Shown: positions 13,234 to 27,130 of the stretch, one piece after another
How positions within the stretch are numbered: the first letter of the stretch is position 1
Layout: each line of letters opens with the position of its first letter
NCBI GenBank assembly: GCA_002633005.1
Contig: NMRA01000144.1
Coordinates: forward strand, 248,001 to 312,000
DNA: 64,000 nucleotides
DNA from: Phoronis australis
Taxonomy: Eukaryota; Animalia; Phoronida
Direction of reading: 5' to 3'
The notes under the pieces: generated by a model
What the model was told of the DNA's origin: nothing
What the model saw: the letters and a program-made list of their open reading frames with translations, nothing else
The model's database searches: none
Program-made: the position numbers and the translations under genes

Positions 13234-14149
13234 CATAGAACTCTAGCCTTAGCAACGCCGATCCGCGGCCGCTGAGGTTGCGCCGCGCATGCGTGAGAGT
13301 TGTTTGCATTAGTTTGTTGGTTGTGCTTAGTTGTTATGGAATTTACTGTCATTAAAGTTTTTCGCAACTTCGACGTTTTTTAACCGAATTGCATCAAAGC
13401 GATACCACCAGAAAGCCCTTTGTCAGCTCTTGATGATTATACCAGAACCAAATGATAAATAATTTAATTCTTAACTATCATTTCCCATATCTGACTGGTT
13501 TAACAAAAAACCGCATCTGGGCAACAGGTAAATGTTGCAAAAATGAATTTTTAAAGAAACAATTGAAAGCAGTAATAATAAACACATGCATGCACACACA
13601 TACATCCACATGCACGCGCACGCGGACGCGCACAGACACACACACTTAGCTACGCAATGATGAGTTTCGTGAACACATCTAAACTTTTCATTTAGGCCAA
13701 ATGTAACTTCTTTCCGTAAAACACTAGAACATGATTTTAACACCCAAAAAACGTCTTGTTGAAAAACTCCTGACACGCAGTATACGACTGGAGCTGAAGA
13801 TATCAGAGCCCAAACTACTCCCGGCATCCACCCAGGGTTACACGTCGGTGCTTGTTAAGAATGACCAGTGTAATTGTCGGGTTTGTTGATTAATTTTGCT
13901 GAGAACTCTCTGATTTTATGTAACTGTACCTCAAGAGTCTCGCTTGATGAGCAATAATAACAAAATAAAAATGAAGCAGTGAAATTTGGTTTGATTTTAT
14001 AACTACAACTCTCGATCAAAACTGTCGGTTGAGCGGGCAGCCGGAAATTTTCAGTCCAAACTGTCGCGGCTAGTCTCGGGGTCGCAAGCTCTAATAATAG
14101 AATACATACAGTATGTCACGTCCGGGAGGTGGTATTCCAGAGTTCTATG
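13234..14149. mobile_element. Non-autonomous DNA transposon with CATAGAACTCT terminal inverted repeats
   Basis: CATAGAACTCT at 13234 and AGAGTTCTATG ending at 14149. The interior is homologous to a second copy at ~51030-53153. Confidence 0.65.
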
Positions 14150-14615
14150 ATGAAATGTAATGTTCCAAAGTTAGCCAAATTTGGACATTCTTCTAGGGTC
14201 CTAAATAACCTTAAGTGAAAGTGCGCGTCCGCTAACCGAGCTCACATCTAGTTTGATTAGAACAAGCATGTTTTACATTTGTGAGACTTGTTTTGATGTC
14301 TTTTAGAACTAATGCAAGTGTTTTGCCAAATAGTTTGGGTGGGGCTCATACTTAACAGTCTCAGACTTGCTTTACCTCTGTTTGATACAGCAAATTCTGG
14401 GCCTTCGAAGGCGCATATAGTTTCTTGGCATTAGACCCAGAAGAGGAAAGGAGGTGACATTCTTATTGTGCATCAGAACCCATACTAAGCAAATCCTAAC
14501 ATCGGTAAGAATACCCATAAAAACGCAATCAGACCTACATGCACCAAGTTATCAGGACATGAAAATGTTGATTGAAATATTTGTGACAAGTACAAGCTTG
14601 CATAAGTATATGTAC

Positions 14616-14784
14616 CTGCGTCCACCAAATCTTGCAGAAGGTCGTATGATCGAGAGCGGCTCACCAGAAGACCAAACGTAGCAAGATAGAGTGGGCTGTC
14701 TCCTTGCATGCTCTGTATGTTGACGTCAGCGCCGTACTTGAGAAGATAATGTACTAAGTGGGTGTTTCCGCTAAGGCAGGCGCA
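14616..14784 (-). CDS. Ankyrin-repeat protein, coding exon 3 (CACLSGNTHLVHYLLKYGADVNIQSMQGDSPLYLATFGLLVSRSRSYDLLQDLVDA)
   Basis: Acceptor ttttcccgttattag|TGC and donor GCAG|GTACAT; 169 nt, phase 0/1. Canonical ankyrin motifs LLKYGADVN and GDSPLYLA. Confidence 0.92.
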
Positions 14785-16422
14785 CTAATAACGGGAAAAG
14801 GTCAAAGTCAATCGTGGAAAACTTATCTTGCGGTCAGATTACTGACTATAGTAGCAAAAGACTGCCAACGTCTGTCAGAGCGCGTGAAATTCGTTGCGAG
14901 ACAGTGCAGGGCGATTTAACTAGGTGGCGCTGGGCGGTCGAGGTAAAAAACTCGGTTATATGAAACAGTGGTTCGCGATGGTGTCGTACTGCCGTTAAGT
15001 TTCCTGCATTAAATTGAATTTAGATGTTCTTCAGCGAAAACTTTTAAAATGAAACATAGCTGTAGTTTCGTCCACACAAATCAAGTTGATAAAGAGTTTA
15101 ATCTTTTGAAAAGACTTTTTAGCGGTACATGCTGGGCAATGCATTATGTGCCTTGCCTGGGCTCCGGTGGGCCTCGGCTCTCAATTTGAACAAGAATAGT
15201 CAGTTTAACCCAGTTTTTTAAACAAAAGAGACAGTTTAAAGGAAATTGGCATATATTCAATCATATTTTCTTTTGCTCAGAACTCGCAGTTTCCTGAACA
15301 ATTCCATTTTGAAATCAGAACACCAGGGAGTACTTCTGTAGCCGGTAAAGTTGATAGCCAGAGGTGTACCGATATATGAGCGTGCCAAACAGACGGGTTG
15401 TTTTTTCACCGCCAGATTCCTTGTGAAATGGCTCACTTTATTTGTTAGTTGAAAACTTAGAAAAAAACATTGTTTTACAAAAGAACTCCTCAGAAGGGGT
15501 TTTGCGTTTTAATTAGCCGGCTCGGGGGCGGGTGTTTCGCTTTTCGTATAGCTAACAAATGGGGTCCCAACTCCCTTTGTACTAAGTACTAAAAGGTGGC
15601 ACCTTTTTCGTCAAAAATAGTAACATAACTCCCGGAACAGAACTCCTCTATGTTATCTCACCTCAACGTTGGTATGTTCCCTATACAAACGTAAACAACA
15701 AGACCTCACGATGCTGCGAAAGTGTAGGAAAAAATACATTGCGTTAACCGAGACACCGGAAGTAACGAATCCTCGACCTTCGAGATTTGGGGAAAGCTCC
15801 GAATCTTTTATCGAGCATTTATGTAGCATTTTCTCATTGATGAACGTCTGCGTGATTTCCTTAGTGATTAATATCGGCATATGAAGTGAGGGCAAGGGGG
15901 CAAGCGCACCGCCACTCATAAAGGTGGGGTCCTCCACTAAAACAATCGGAAAGTTTAAGGAAGCCCCAGAAGTGACAAAAATCTACCTGACGACAGCGAA
16001 GTATGCTAGCGAAAATGGTGACGACAAGGTGTCAAACTGGCAGATAATCGGCTAAGGTACCGCGGAGGGGTGCGCCTCCTCCCTCTCGAGTACAATTGTT
16101 ATGGCTAAAACATCTCGCGTTGACGTTTTTGAAACAAATAAAAGATAAATGTAGTTCATAACTTTGATGCGAATCAAACATTCGGAAATATGCCGCGTGA
16201 GGTATTCAAACTGTATGGAAACACTCAGATTAGACAACGGCTTTCTAAATCTTTTTTTCGCAACGTTAAAAACAAGCTTCAGACACGCCGCAATGTAGAC
16301 AGTGCTAGTAATGATGTTTGGTTTCTTACAAGGTACTCCCCCAACTAAATTTGCATTTTTCAGTGAACCGCTGTCAGCATGGAAGTTAAGTAGATATTTA
16401 AAGGACTTGGCGTGGTACTCAC

Positions 16423-16521
16423 CAAGAAAAGAGTAAGCCCTTCGTGCTGCTCGTTTACATCTACGAGTCCACTTTTCACTGCCTTTGTGACGGTTTTGGT
16501 GTGACTGGCAGTGCAGGCAGT
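16423..16521 (-). CDS. Ankyrin-repeat protein, coding exon 2 (TACTASHTKTVTKAVKSGLVDVNEQHEGLTLFL)
   Basis: Acceptor ccttacag|ACT and donor TTG|GTGAGT; 99 nt, phase 0/0. Supplies the DVN..GLT start of an ankyrin repeat that exon 3 completes. Confidence 0.88.
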
Positions 16522-18493
16522 CTGTAAGGTCAAGTCAAAACGTGTATGCATACGTGTATACATACACACGCGCGCCCTCACGTAAACAAACCTGAACACC
16601 TCACACGCGTATGCACAAGCACACACGCACACACGCACACAAATGCGATCACGTACAAATATACACATAATGGTAATATTAATATACTCGCCCGTTTGCG
16701 GATTATGATGAATACATGCACACTCAGTCTGCTTCTATATTTATTTCACTCGTGCCGTTCACTGACCAATGAAAACTACCCTCCAATATTGCACAGGCAA
16801 TACATAAAATGAATACTGTAAAATATCACAGAGTAACTGACACATGTTGACTATACAATTTCCCAAGGTGTAAAAAATGTTTAAAATGTTCAAATGTGTG
16901 GATTTTTTTAATTTCTCGGTCTGTCGGGAATATTTTTATCTCAGCGTATACAGAGGGGCATGTAAATGACTGCACCAAGGACTGTAGTACAATTGTTCAA
17001 CACTCCTTGACTGCGCTATGTAGAGCGCTGGCTTGAAAATTTAACTTGCGGTAAAAAGCTTGTTTCCTACATGGAATTTAAATCGATATTGAAACCCAGA
17101 GAATATGTGTACTGAATTAAGTATAAAAGCTTATGTCCGTCCATCCTTGCATTTCGACGTTCGAGCCGTGGTATTCAGATAGACCGAGGTAAACATGGTG
17201 TATCCCAAGGGAGCAGCGCGCATGAAAATGTTATGGTAGATTAGACAACGGTACAATTTAGATACGTGTCACGTGCTGCAACATATACCTTGTGAACAAA
17301 ACTTCATCGGTCTTCTATCATTCAGAGTTGCCAACTGTCCCTGTTTTGGCGGGTCCCTATTATGACACATTGTCGAACTCGACGTATACTGTCGCCAGGG
17401 CCACAATATATGGCAAGTGCGACAATATATCTGGTCAACAAATCGACACTGTCACCGGTCGACAATATATGCCACATGCTAGAATAAGTGCAGGCCCACG
17501 CGCAGTGTTTGTAATAAGCATAATGAATCCCAATTTCAGACAAAATACAGATCTGCACCGCACTAATTACTCCCTCCAGCCGTCAGATTTAACTAATTCA
17601 GTCACCGAAATTTTCAGCAGCGGTGAGAATCACGTACACCTTAACCTCAAAAAAACGAAAGTTGATTATTGTTTCCATTATTTAGCTATGGGCGTGTGTT
17701 TTTTTTCTTTTTTGTAGATTTCAATAAAAAACGTGGTCACGTGATGTATTTTCAGAAAATATATACCTGAACGTAGTAAAATTTCATGGTTTTGTAGATA
17801 TTTGCTGAAGTGCACATACTTGTTAAAGAGATCCTGGATAACCTTAACTGATTTAATATTTAAAACAAATAAAGAACATGTAACTTAGACCTGCACCTGT
17901 AGGTGATGTTTGGGCGTACGTGACTATATGTGCCGGAATACTAAAAGCAAAATGTATTTTTGATGCCCAAATTATAAATGAAAACATTGCTGGAAACTCG
18001 CACTAAGCTTTCTTCACCTGGATGTTTGATAACGTTCATCATCTTAAAAATATTACTTTTGACAAAGTCCCATTATTTCGGACATGCGAGCATAGGCTTG
18101 AAAGGACATTGTTGACGTGAAAGTGGTTTTCTGCGATCACCCTCAGCGCGGAATCCGTTCTGCCAGAGGAGCTAAACTCTCTCGATACATGGTACAGCAT
18201 AAATGGTAAAGCCACCGCCCTTGATTTAAACGAATGTCGAGAAGTGGCTATTTGTAATCAAATCACAAAAGAGCAACCTATTTTGTTGTATTATAGTCCT
18301 GATCAAAGATAATAACTTCAAGAAGTCTATCCCAACCAATAATGATCTCAAAAATGCATTTTTGCCCCTAAAGCGATATTATCCCTTTAAATGCGCCTAT
18401 ATACTGTACATAAGCGTACGTACAGGTACACACACACACGAACATACTGTACATACATAAAAGCATACGTATAGACATACGTATAATTATACA

Positions 18494-18496
<3 letters not shown>

Positions 18497-18537
<41 letters not shown>
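18497..18537. repeat. (AC)n microsatellite
   Basis: Perfect dinucleotide run seen directly. Confidence 0.95.
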
Positions 18538-18541
<4 letters not shown>

Positions 18542-18581
18542 TGTACATACATACGGTTAGAGAGTGAGAAATTTGACTAAC

Positions 18582-18650
18582 CTTGGCAAGAAAAAACATC
18601 TCGTCCAATACTACAGCGCGAACTTTATTCTTGTCTGATGCTCTAGACAT
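18582..18650 (-). CDS. Ankyrin-repeat protein, coding exon 1 (MSRASDKNKVRAVVLDEMFFLAK)
   Basis: ATG at 18650, preceded by an acceptor-like tttattgcag ending at 18665. Donor AAG|GTTAGT at 18582/18581, phase 0, joins in frame to the 16521 exon. A further upstream coding exon cannot be excluded. Confidence 0.7.
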
Positions 18651-18817
18651 AATCGCCACTGCCACTGCAATAAACACGGCACTTTTATCAAGAAGCAGAT
18701 AGTGATACTAGAGGCGAGATAACCGTGATTTTAAAATTGGTGCAATTTTGAGAAAGTCAAATTGGGCATGACTTAGGTGAAGGTGTTTGAGCTAAAATAG
18801 GTAAAAAACGTGACCCG

Positions 18818-18821
<4 letters not shown>

Positions 18822-18909
<88 letters not shown>
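18822..18909. repeat. (TA)n microsatellite
   Basis: Perfect run of about 44 TA units seen directly. Confidence 0.97.
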
Positions 18910-18916
<7 letters not shown>

Positions 18917-20335
18917 GTATAATACGATGGGCATCAAAATAAAACGTATATGAAAATAACGCTTACGTAAATATGAGGCACTGGAAGTCCAGGAGACGTA
19001 GGGAAATCAGTAAACCAGAACATGTAAATGTAGTTTAAGTCGTCAAATCCTAAAACTGGCATCGTAGCACAAAACTAAGCCGTTTTCAAGAGGGTTTCAG
19101 TAATTAATTTGGACTGAAACGAAAAACCTCTAATTCGGTGGTCCACACATTTCTTACAAGTTTGTAGTAGGCAAAAACCAAAATACGAACTTGATAAGAA
19201 CTTATTTAAACAAATCAATAATAAATTTAAACTCAGGTGAACCCCCTTTCATCACAATATTTGTGCATTTCTCAAGAAATCTCTTGTGACATTGGACAAT
19301 CTTTATCTTGTGTTTGGGGATCAGTAATAAGTTTACAAACACTTATGAATCGGAAACAATTCGAACTATGTTGTTTATTGGAGTTGTTTCTTGTGTAGTT
19401 TAGTAGGTGTGCTTAAAGGATATTTCTTTCTCATCCATGTATGTCCTTGTTTTTTTGTTCAAGCCATAAGTAATTTTCAATATTAAATGTCTCAGTTTTT
19501 AAGAATTTTATGCCCGAAAAATGAGCGAAGAATCATCAAAACTCTGCGTTGATAAAAGCAGCCTTCATTCATAAAGTTAGACCTTATCCCGATTGCTCTG
19601 AACCAAGGCAGTAAACATTTGGGCTCTGATTAACTGATAACCCAGTAAGAGCGAACACAAAGGCACAAACCAGTATCATATCACATAAAACTCACTTTTA
19701 AAAACTAATAACCCTGTTCTCAGTTGAAGCGACACCCAGTTCACCCCATTTTCTTGAACCAGGTCATCCGTCCAAATTTTCTGTTCCTGCATTCACAGTT
19801 GCAGCTAATATTTCGAACAAATTCAAGAAATGAGACCTAGACACTTTTTTCTGATAGGATTTGTAATATTCGGTTTACACTAAATGAATTATCCTTGCGA
19901 AGTGTATGGAATACCATTTCAACCAACGTCGCTGAAGTAAATCAGTTTACATGTACATGTTCATGTATTCAAACCGAGTACCCTTTTAAAAGGTATAGGT
20001 ATGATGAAATAGATCTGTGTGTCGTCCGTATAAACATCTGTATTGATGTCTCGAATGAAAGTTAACTGAACACACAGGTCACGCCAAGGTGTGAACAATT
20101 GACCTATCGTAAGCTCCGCCCCCTTGCATAATGTCGACTAACAAACAATAAGTTTTAACCGGCAACGTGTTGTTTGTCGGGTAAATGGCGGCTTGAAAAC
20201 GAAGGTGTGTCAATAATGATGCGTTCTAAATGGTCAGTTTAGCCGTCACTCAAAATCCTGGCGATAGGTCAATTACTGAATGAACTAGCGGCTAGTTCAA
20301 CAAAGTTAACACCATGATGTGAGCTATATGCTCAG

Positions 20336-20511
20336 CTAGCTTCCACTGGAGGCAGCACTGAACCTGAGCTCTCAGGTCATCGTCTGTGTTGAGCCTCAAG
20401 TGTATTTTTTCTGCCTGGCAAGCTTGAATCCTCACAATGTGCAAGCAAGGAGAGGTAAAAGCCAAGGCAGGAGAGCTGGGAGCTCAGCTGGCTGCCTCAA
20501 GTGAAAGCTAG
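20336..20511. mobile_element. Short MITE-like inverted repeat
   Basis: CTAGCTTCCACTGGAGGCAGC (20336-20356) pairs with GCTGCCTCAAGTGAAAGCTAG (20491-20511), 19/21 match. No clear TSD. Confidence 0.5.
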
Positions 20512-23120
20512 GCACATACCGAAGATAACCCACAAACAATGAGGTAAAACGCCCACTGACTTGTTAGGCCCAATGCAGATGGGTAACCGCGATTTCAGTT
20601 GACTGCATTGAGTGATACAGTTACCCGAGTCAAAAGCTCGCAACAAAGACGGGGGTGTACGACAACAATCGAATGAACTAATCGGTAGTCCTGTTGTTCA
20701 CGCGTTCACGAGAGATACGTGTATGGGCTCAGTTACTTTTCATTCCAGAAAACCAGCTGAACTCGTGTAGCTCTTCGTATGCGCTGGGCCAGTGGGACAT
20801 TTGCTTTGCCGCCTCGCCAGGAACGGTTCATTTTGGCGAAGACATGAGATATAAGTTTAGCTCACTTACATATGAAGCACGTATTTTTTCGTCTGCGCTA
20901 GACCTGAATTGGCTTCTGCGATATATCCTGTTCTCACAAGAAACTATATCTGTATATGGAACGCTACTCCACGTACAATTTACATACACTCACCTCGCTT
21001 CAGAATGGCCATAAAGACAATTACCAACAAAACAAACGCGACAACATCCGTGGCTGACTGCCCATTGAGGAACTGTTGAAAGTGGCGGAAGGCGTTGTTG
21101 GTTTCTTTCAGATAGTGTATCATATTTTCTACAAAAAACGAAAACGACACTTAAATGATGCCGTGCGTCACGTATAAATTTGTTAGTGCAAAATATTCAT
21201 GCTGTAGACTACAAATTGTGTTTGAAATTACTTCTTTAAATTCAGTTATTTTCCCACTTTCGCCAAAAAATGTCGTACTTTATAGGGACCGTGATCTCAA
21301 TTGATGCCCTCTAAATACACTGGTCACTATTCGCCGCCATCAAAAGTACATGTTACAACAGCAGCTTCTAAATGTTAATGGTGCCACAACTGCGTTGTGC
21401 CAGAGTACATCAGTCGAGTAGCGTCTTGCACTATAGTCTATCGTATGTTATGGAGTTGCCTGCTGTATTCAAACATTATTTGTACTTGACTTCCGTCATG
21501 GTCATGCTTGATACAAACCGGTTCCTCAGCGGTTGTATGTGTACACTCAGTTACCATAACAACAGAACTAGCGTACATGATAACGTATACTCGGGCCTAA
21601 ACTACGACCTATTTTTGTAAAATTGAGCAATAACCGAAATTAAAACGGTCAAAAATCTCCCATACCTTAGCGTGGATCCAGTCAGAATTTTTAGAACTAA
21701 AGGGATCTAGATAACGTGACAATGACAATGTCCACCACGTAGTGGTTTCTGGATTTGCAAAAAATGTTCGATATTCGTTGAAACCACCTCTTATCTAAAT
21801 ACAGAACAAGTTGAAACCAATTTTATAGCGGAAAATGCGTTAATCAAAAGTTAGCTTCTTGGACGGAACGTGGGTTTATAGACGATTTTAAAAAAGGGAT
21901 ATTGTTGTATTTACAGGCGAAAAAAACTTCTGGTATTATTTCTGAATGGGATAGACTTTTTGAAGCTATCAAATTTGACCAGAACTGTAAAGGAATAAAA
22001 TCCGGTGTTTTTTATAAGTCGGCATTCTCGCCGCTGCCAGACTATAACAGATAAAGTTACATTTCGTCATGTTCAGCTGATCACCCAACTGTTGGCCAAC
22101 CTTAAAATTGTGAATTCGAAAATGCCGTACTAAAAGGGCGTGCGTATTGACTCGAGTTGAAACGGGGATAGAAAGCCTGGCTGGCAAGAATAGGAGGCCC
22201 ACTTAATGAGACTAAAAGGGCTAAGTTGATTTTTGTTCTTTAAACAGAAAAACAGGGCGAAATGCAGCTTTAAAGTAGTTGAATCGTTGTGCCTTGTCAT
22301 GTTATATTGGTTGTGATTTGTTTGGAATAGAAGCTGCCGCTCTCTGCAAGACTAGTTAAACATGACTTCGTTGACGGAACGAAGGATAATACGGAAAATG
22401 TTGAATGCGTGAGTATTTATTCGAGCTGGGAGGATTTATAGACTCCAGCTGTCTCCAGAGGTATCCATCTACACTCGATAAGTACACATAGCGTCGTGAC
22501 TCTAATAGTCCATCCAGGCTTTCGCGTAAGTTGCAGAAACTGCTCCGGCATAGATACTTGATAAGGAGGGGCACCACCAAATGTCCTATGTACCTTCTCA
22601 TAAAATTCGACTTCTGAACGCGTACGGTATTAGTAAGTTTCGGGATATTGTGTATATCGTTTAAGTATTACGCCCAGGTCCAAAATTTTCTTCGGCGCAT
22701 CTTGACAAAAATTTGCAAAAGAAGTCGAGAATATCAGCCACTAAAATGCGTCAAAATCAATTCTGAATCATCCCATGTTCAGGGCCCATGGTAACAAATC
22801 ACGGAGAGGGCTATGTTCTGTTTTTTTGTTTGATTTTTAACTTATCTCAGTCATAAACAAACGAGTTAACCCACTGTAACATACTAGAGAAATTTTAGTT
22901 CTGCACTAATGGATGGAGCCACTCAAGTCGCTTTCGGCCTTCTTTCACTCAGAGTGCGCACTTTTGTTTCAGAAATGGCATTTTATGAAGTTTTTTATTT
23001 CAGTTTTGAGACTTCTTTTATTGGAATCAACATGGTATATGGAATATCAGGTTACATTTTTGTGAAGTATCCTCATTTAGCTTTTGAGATTTGGCCTGTT
23101 GAAATAACAAAGAAAAATGT

Positions 23121-23956
23121 GGGCTACGGAGAATACATCATTGTTATTTTCACATCCATTTTGGAAAAAATACTTAAATCTGGCTTACGAACAAGAAAGT
23201 TTATTATTGGTAACTCATGTACTTAATCACTGAACATCAATATAAAAAATAGGTTCACACCTGTGTATGCTTCACAAGTGTGAGTATACAAATACGACAT
23301 AGCGATTGTAGTTAATCCTTAGACATACTCAGCACTTAACTATCACATCACTGTCAAAAGGAATGCCTAATTCCACTAACAAAGAAATACAGGGAAACAG
23401 GTTTCATCATCTGTTAAGATTGTATGCGTAAATCTCACATAACACAGAGGTCATGGATGGGGCTATGGAGAATACAAAATTTGCAGATACCTGTTTATAA
23501 GTGGATGAACACTTGAGCATTGCAATAGAATCCATTTACTTGTTAATACCAACACTTCTAAATGACCAAAGAACGTTCATGTTTTATTCATAATGACTTT
23601 AAACTGAAAAAGTAATTTTAGCTAAACTTTCCTCAAATCCCACCCATAAACAAAAATTTGTGATTTTTCTTGTGTTGGAGAGTTTATTTGTCTCCATTTC
23701 CTCAGTAAATGCACCTACATGTAGATGCAATTTTTTTTCAAACCATGTACTAAAAATTCAAAGTTGGGAGCTACGGAGAATACAGGGGCTACGGAGAATA
23801 CGAAAGACATTTTTGATTATGATCAATTCAAATCCAGGGCTTGGTCTAGTATTTTTTGTGGGCCAAAGATAGTTTCAAGATTTCCAATGTGCAGTATCAA
23901 ATATCTTGTATTAATTTAAGAATTTAATGGAATTCAGACAGGGCTACGGAGAATAC
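23121..23956 (+). repeat. Five direct copies of the 16-mer GGGCTACGGAGAATAC (probable transposon subterminal motif)
   Basis: Copies start at 23121, 23460 (1 mismatch), 23768 (1 mismatch), 23786 and 23941. Confidence 0.8.
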
Positions 23957-26812
23957 AGCTTTTCTTAGGTGACTGTGATATTAATTGGTTTCAGTGAAAC
24001 AATATAACAATGGATTTCTGGATATTTTCAGCTATATTCAGGATTATTCTGGCCATAATTAACATTTTTGGTACATCAAAATGCCTAAACGTCTTAAGTA
24101 CCGACGCTAATACAAAATCATCATACAAATAATATCTGCCAGCGAAGAAGGAATTCTGTATGATTGCATAACATAAACAATCTAGTTTTGCACTATGAGT
24201 GAAAAAATGCCGTTTATGTTTGCCAGGTACCTACCGATAAGAGTAAAAACTCAGCTCTAACCCGCTGGAATTCCCAGATCGCAAATCTCAGTTCACATTT
24301 CCAAATTTCAGGTCGCAAATGCGATCTGCAGAACGTCGTTATGTCCAGAGCCGACAATTAGTCCAACTGGCAGATCGGAGGAGGCAAGGGGTGAGCGCCA
24401 TGCACACACGACACACACACACACTCAACACGTAGGCCAACGTAGGGAGCGGGGTACGTGGCTTCCAATATAGGTTTGCAGACGTGTGCGTGACACCTTC
24501 GACTCGTAGCGGCCGTCACATTGACAGGCAAGTGTCAGAATGCCGGGGGTTAGGGCCGCGGGGGGAAGGACCGTCGAGAAAAGAGATACAAGGCGAAGCC
24601 TGTACGAAAGAGAAGTGTTTACTAGTAGTGAACTTCTGCCGACTACTCGCGTCTTCGCCGGGTCCCCGCTTCCTAGACGTCTATGAAATGCGTTTTGATG
24701 CTTACACGATTACTGCATAAAGTTTTGATATTGTTATAATTATTACTTACGACCGGTGGATTCCTTGATTAAATAGTGATAATGGTTAAAAGTCAAGTCT
24801 TTAAACTTCTTGAAAAAATGTTCCATACTGTTTACAAGTGTGTGAGCAGACGAACTTTTTGCCGTAAGTGAGTGTCGTAAATTCGCCTGAGACTGAAATA
24901 AGTTAATATCTGTGACATTCTATTTTTTAGTATGTATGTGTGTGTGGTGTTTGTGTGTGTGTGTGTGTGTGTGTANNNNNNNNNNNNNNNNNNNNNNNNN
25001 NNNNNNNNNNNNNNNNNNNNNNNNNNNNNNNNNNNNNNNNNNNNNNNNNNNNNNNNNNNNNNNNNNNNNNNNNNNNNNNNNNNNNNNNNNNNNNNNNNNN
25101 NNNNNNNNNNNNNNNNNNNNNNNNNNNNNNNNNNNNNNNNNNNNNNNNNNNNNNNNNNNNNNNNNNNNNNNNNNNNNNNNNNNNNNNNNTACATATACAT
25201 GTATGGTATACATACGCGTATACATATATATAGGTCATTGGCTGTGACGACCCGAGAACGTGACAGATTGCAGCAACTCGACGACTTTAGTATGCAATGT
25301 AGTAGCAAGGAGTGTACTACTACAGGAGAGTTCACTCCGCTATTTTACCATTCCGCCGCAATGGTTACCGGTAGAAACACTAGCGCTCCAAGCGGTGAAT
25401 AATCAACACTCATGAGCGCAATCCGAACAATGTAAACACTCATAAATTCATACTGTAATGACATTCAACGTGCAATAAAATTACTGAGTGATTGATTGAA
25501 AATGGTTAGAATACATAAACTAACATCCAACATGAGAAAGAAAATGTGTATTTTAATCAATATTAAAGTGTATTTGTATTTATTCTCTTGAAGCTCCCTT
25601 CAAAATCCATCATGGTTTTGTTTCATGCTTGAGCTCTTAACAAGGCAATTATCGTTCCTTATAACAGTTCATACCTCCATGGACTACATAATTTGAATGA
25701 TTGCTCCTGGGGGTTCAGAGGGGAATTCCCCCCAGGTGCCAGCTAAGGGGGTAACAGGCAAAAACCAGGTGGGCGCCAAATGGGTGTTGACCCCCTTCCA
25801 GGGGGGTTACATGGGAGGAGTGGTAAACAGATAAAAGCCAATGGGTATGTATGCCACATGGGTGTTGAGCCCTTCCCATCGTCACAAATTTTGGTTGCTC
25901 CCCGGACCATTGATAAACATGTTGCTTCCAGCTCACTGCTGGTTTCATCTCCACCCAACAATTTCGCATGTGTTCCCTATTCAATGCACCAGGCTACTAG
26001 CAATGCAGACAAGTGTTTTGCGCAGTGGGTGTTACACAAGAAGAAGAAAGCAAGGCAATTCATCACTACCACAAAATCGTAATACAATTTTAGTTAGAAC
26101 ATTCCATTATTTCTTAGACATGCCAGTATAGTGTAAACTCATTCCCACTCTCCCACTTACAAACCGAGACCCACAGATTCTCTAACTTGACTCATGACAG
26201 ACTTGTGGCCCTGTGGCTGTGATTGTGCCATGGCCGTGTCACCAGTCATATTAGGCAATGACCATCGCCTCTGTTGGCCCGACCAGTTCCCAAAATCGTG
26301 AACTCACCATTTTTATACTGCGCACGCTCCAATTATTACCGCGCTAGGTGATGTGACTTCATGACCTCAATCTTTAAATAGGTCGAAGGTGAGCCATTGC
26401 GGTCTTGTCAGTCAAATGTTCTTTTCCAAAATGCCACAACTACTTGTCTTTAATTGGTGTTACTTGAAACTGATTGCATTTCAATGAATTATTGTTTGTA
26501 TTTGATAAAAATAAATGCTGTTGATATGACATTTAAGTACTAGTCCACGAGAGCACCAGCCATGAGCGGCAAGGTGGGGGTCAGCCGATTTTCACCAAAT
26601 TTGGCACATAGGTAGTCCTACGGGATCTATAAACAGCGGTAAAATATTTCCTCAAAATATTGCGTTTTTTAAGTTATAGCTCAAACACATTTTACGGCTT
26701 CGCAGCCATGTTTTCAGGGTATAAAAACTGTCCAGTTTTAACTGTTCATATTTTTCCTTGAATGAAAGCTATTGATTTATTATTCACTGGGCATTGTTTA
26801 GTGGTGCCTGTT

Positions 26813-27130
26813 GATTGTTACACAGATGTCTTGAAACACGATTCCGATTTACCACCATCATTTAGTAGTTTTACTACACACCCCCCCGTTATGCCATTTT
26901 GAGGTTGTGTTCAGTACACTGCTGTACCAAATCTGCCCCCACTGTTATGAGAATGAAACTTAGCCAAAATGTTTAGATTGTTACACAGATGTCTTGAAAC
27001 ACGATTCCGATTTACCACCCTCATTTAGTAGTTTTACTACACTCCCCCCGTTATGCCATTTTGAGGTTGTGTTCAGTACACCGCTGTACCAAATCTGCCC
27101 CTTATGAGAATGAAACTTAGCCAAAATGTT
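26813..27130 (+). repeat. Tandem duplication of ~160 bp
   Basis: 26813-26973 and 26976-27130 are near-identical (GATTGTTACACAGATG...GCCAAAATGTT), with a small deletion in copy 2. Confidence 0.9.

Noticed and set aside
13452-13827. ORFs rich in HT/CV dipeptides (also at 16546-16812 and 18387-18580)
   Set aside because: They are translations of CA/TG microsatellite-like sequence.
14376-14480. Extra ankyrin exon suggested by a donor-like GAG|GTAAAG at 14376
   Set aside because: Exon 3 (ending 14616) joins exon 4 directly to give an intact repeat LVDAG-CDVN, and the region has no ankyrin-like translation.
24832-25402. Long ORFs spanning N runs (also at 28029-28588, 30896-31841, 38319-38859 and 47993-48489)
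   Set aside because: They are artefacts of assembly gaps translated as X.
25715-26131. Overlapping ORFs on both strands with a repeated ATGGGTGTTGA
   Set aside because: No identifiable protein motif; most likely decayed TE sequence that cannot be classified by eye.
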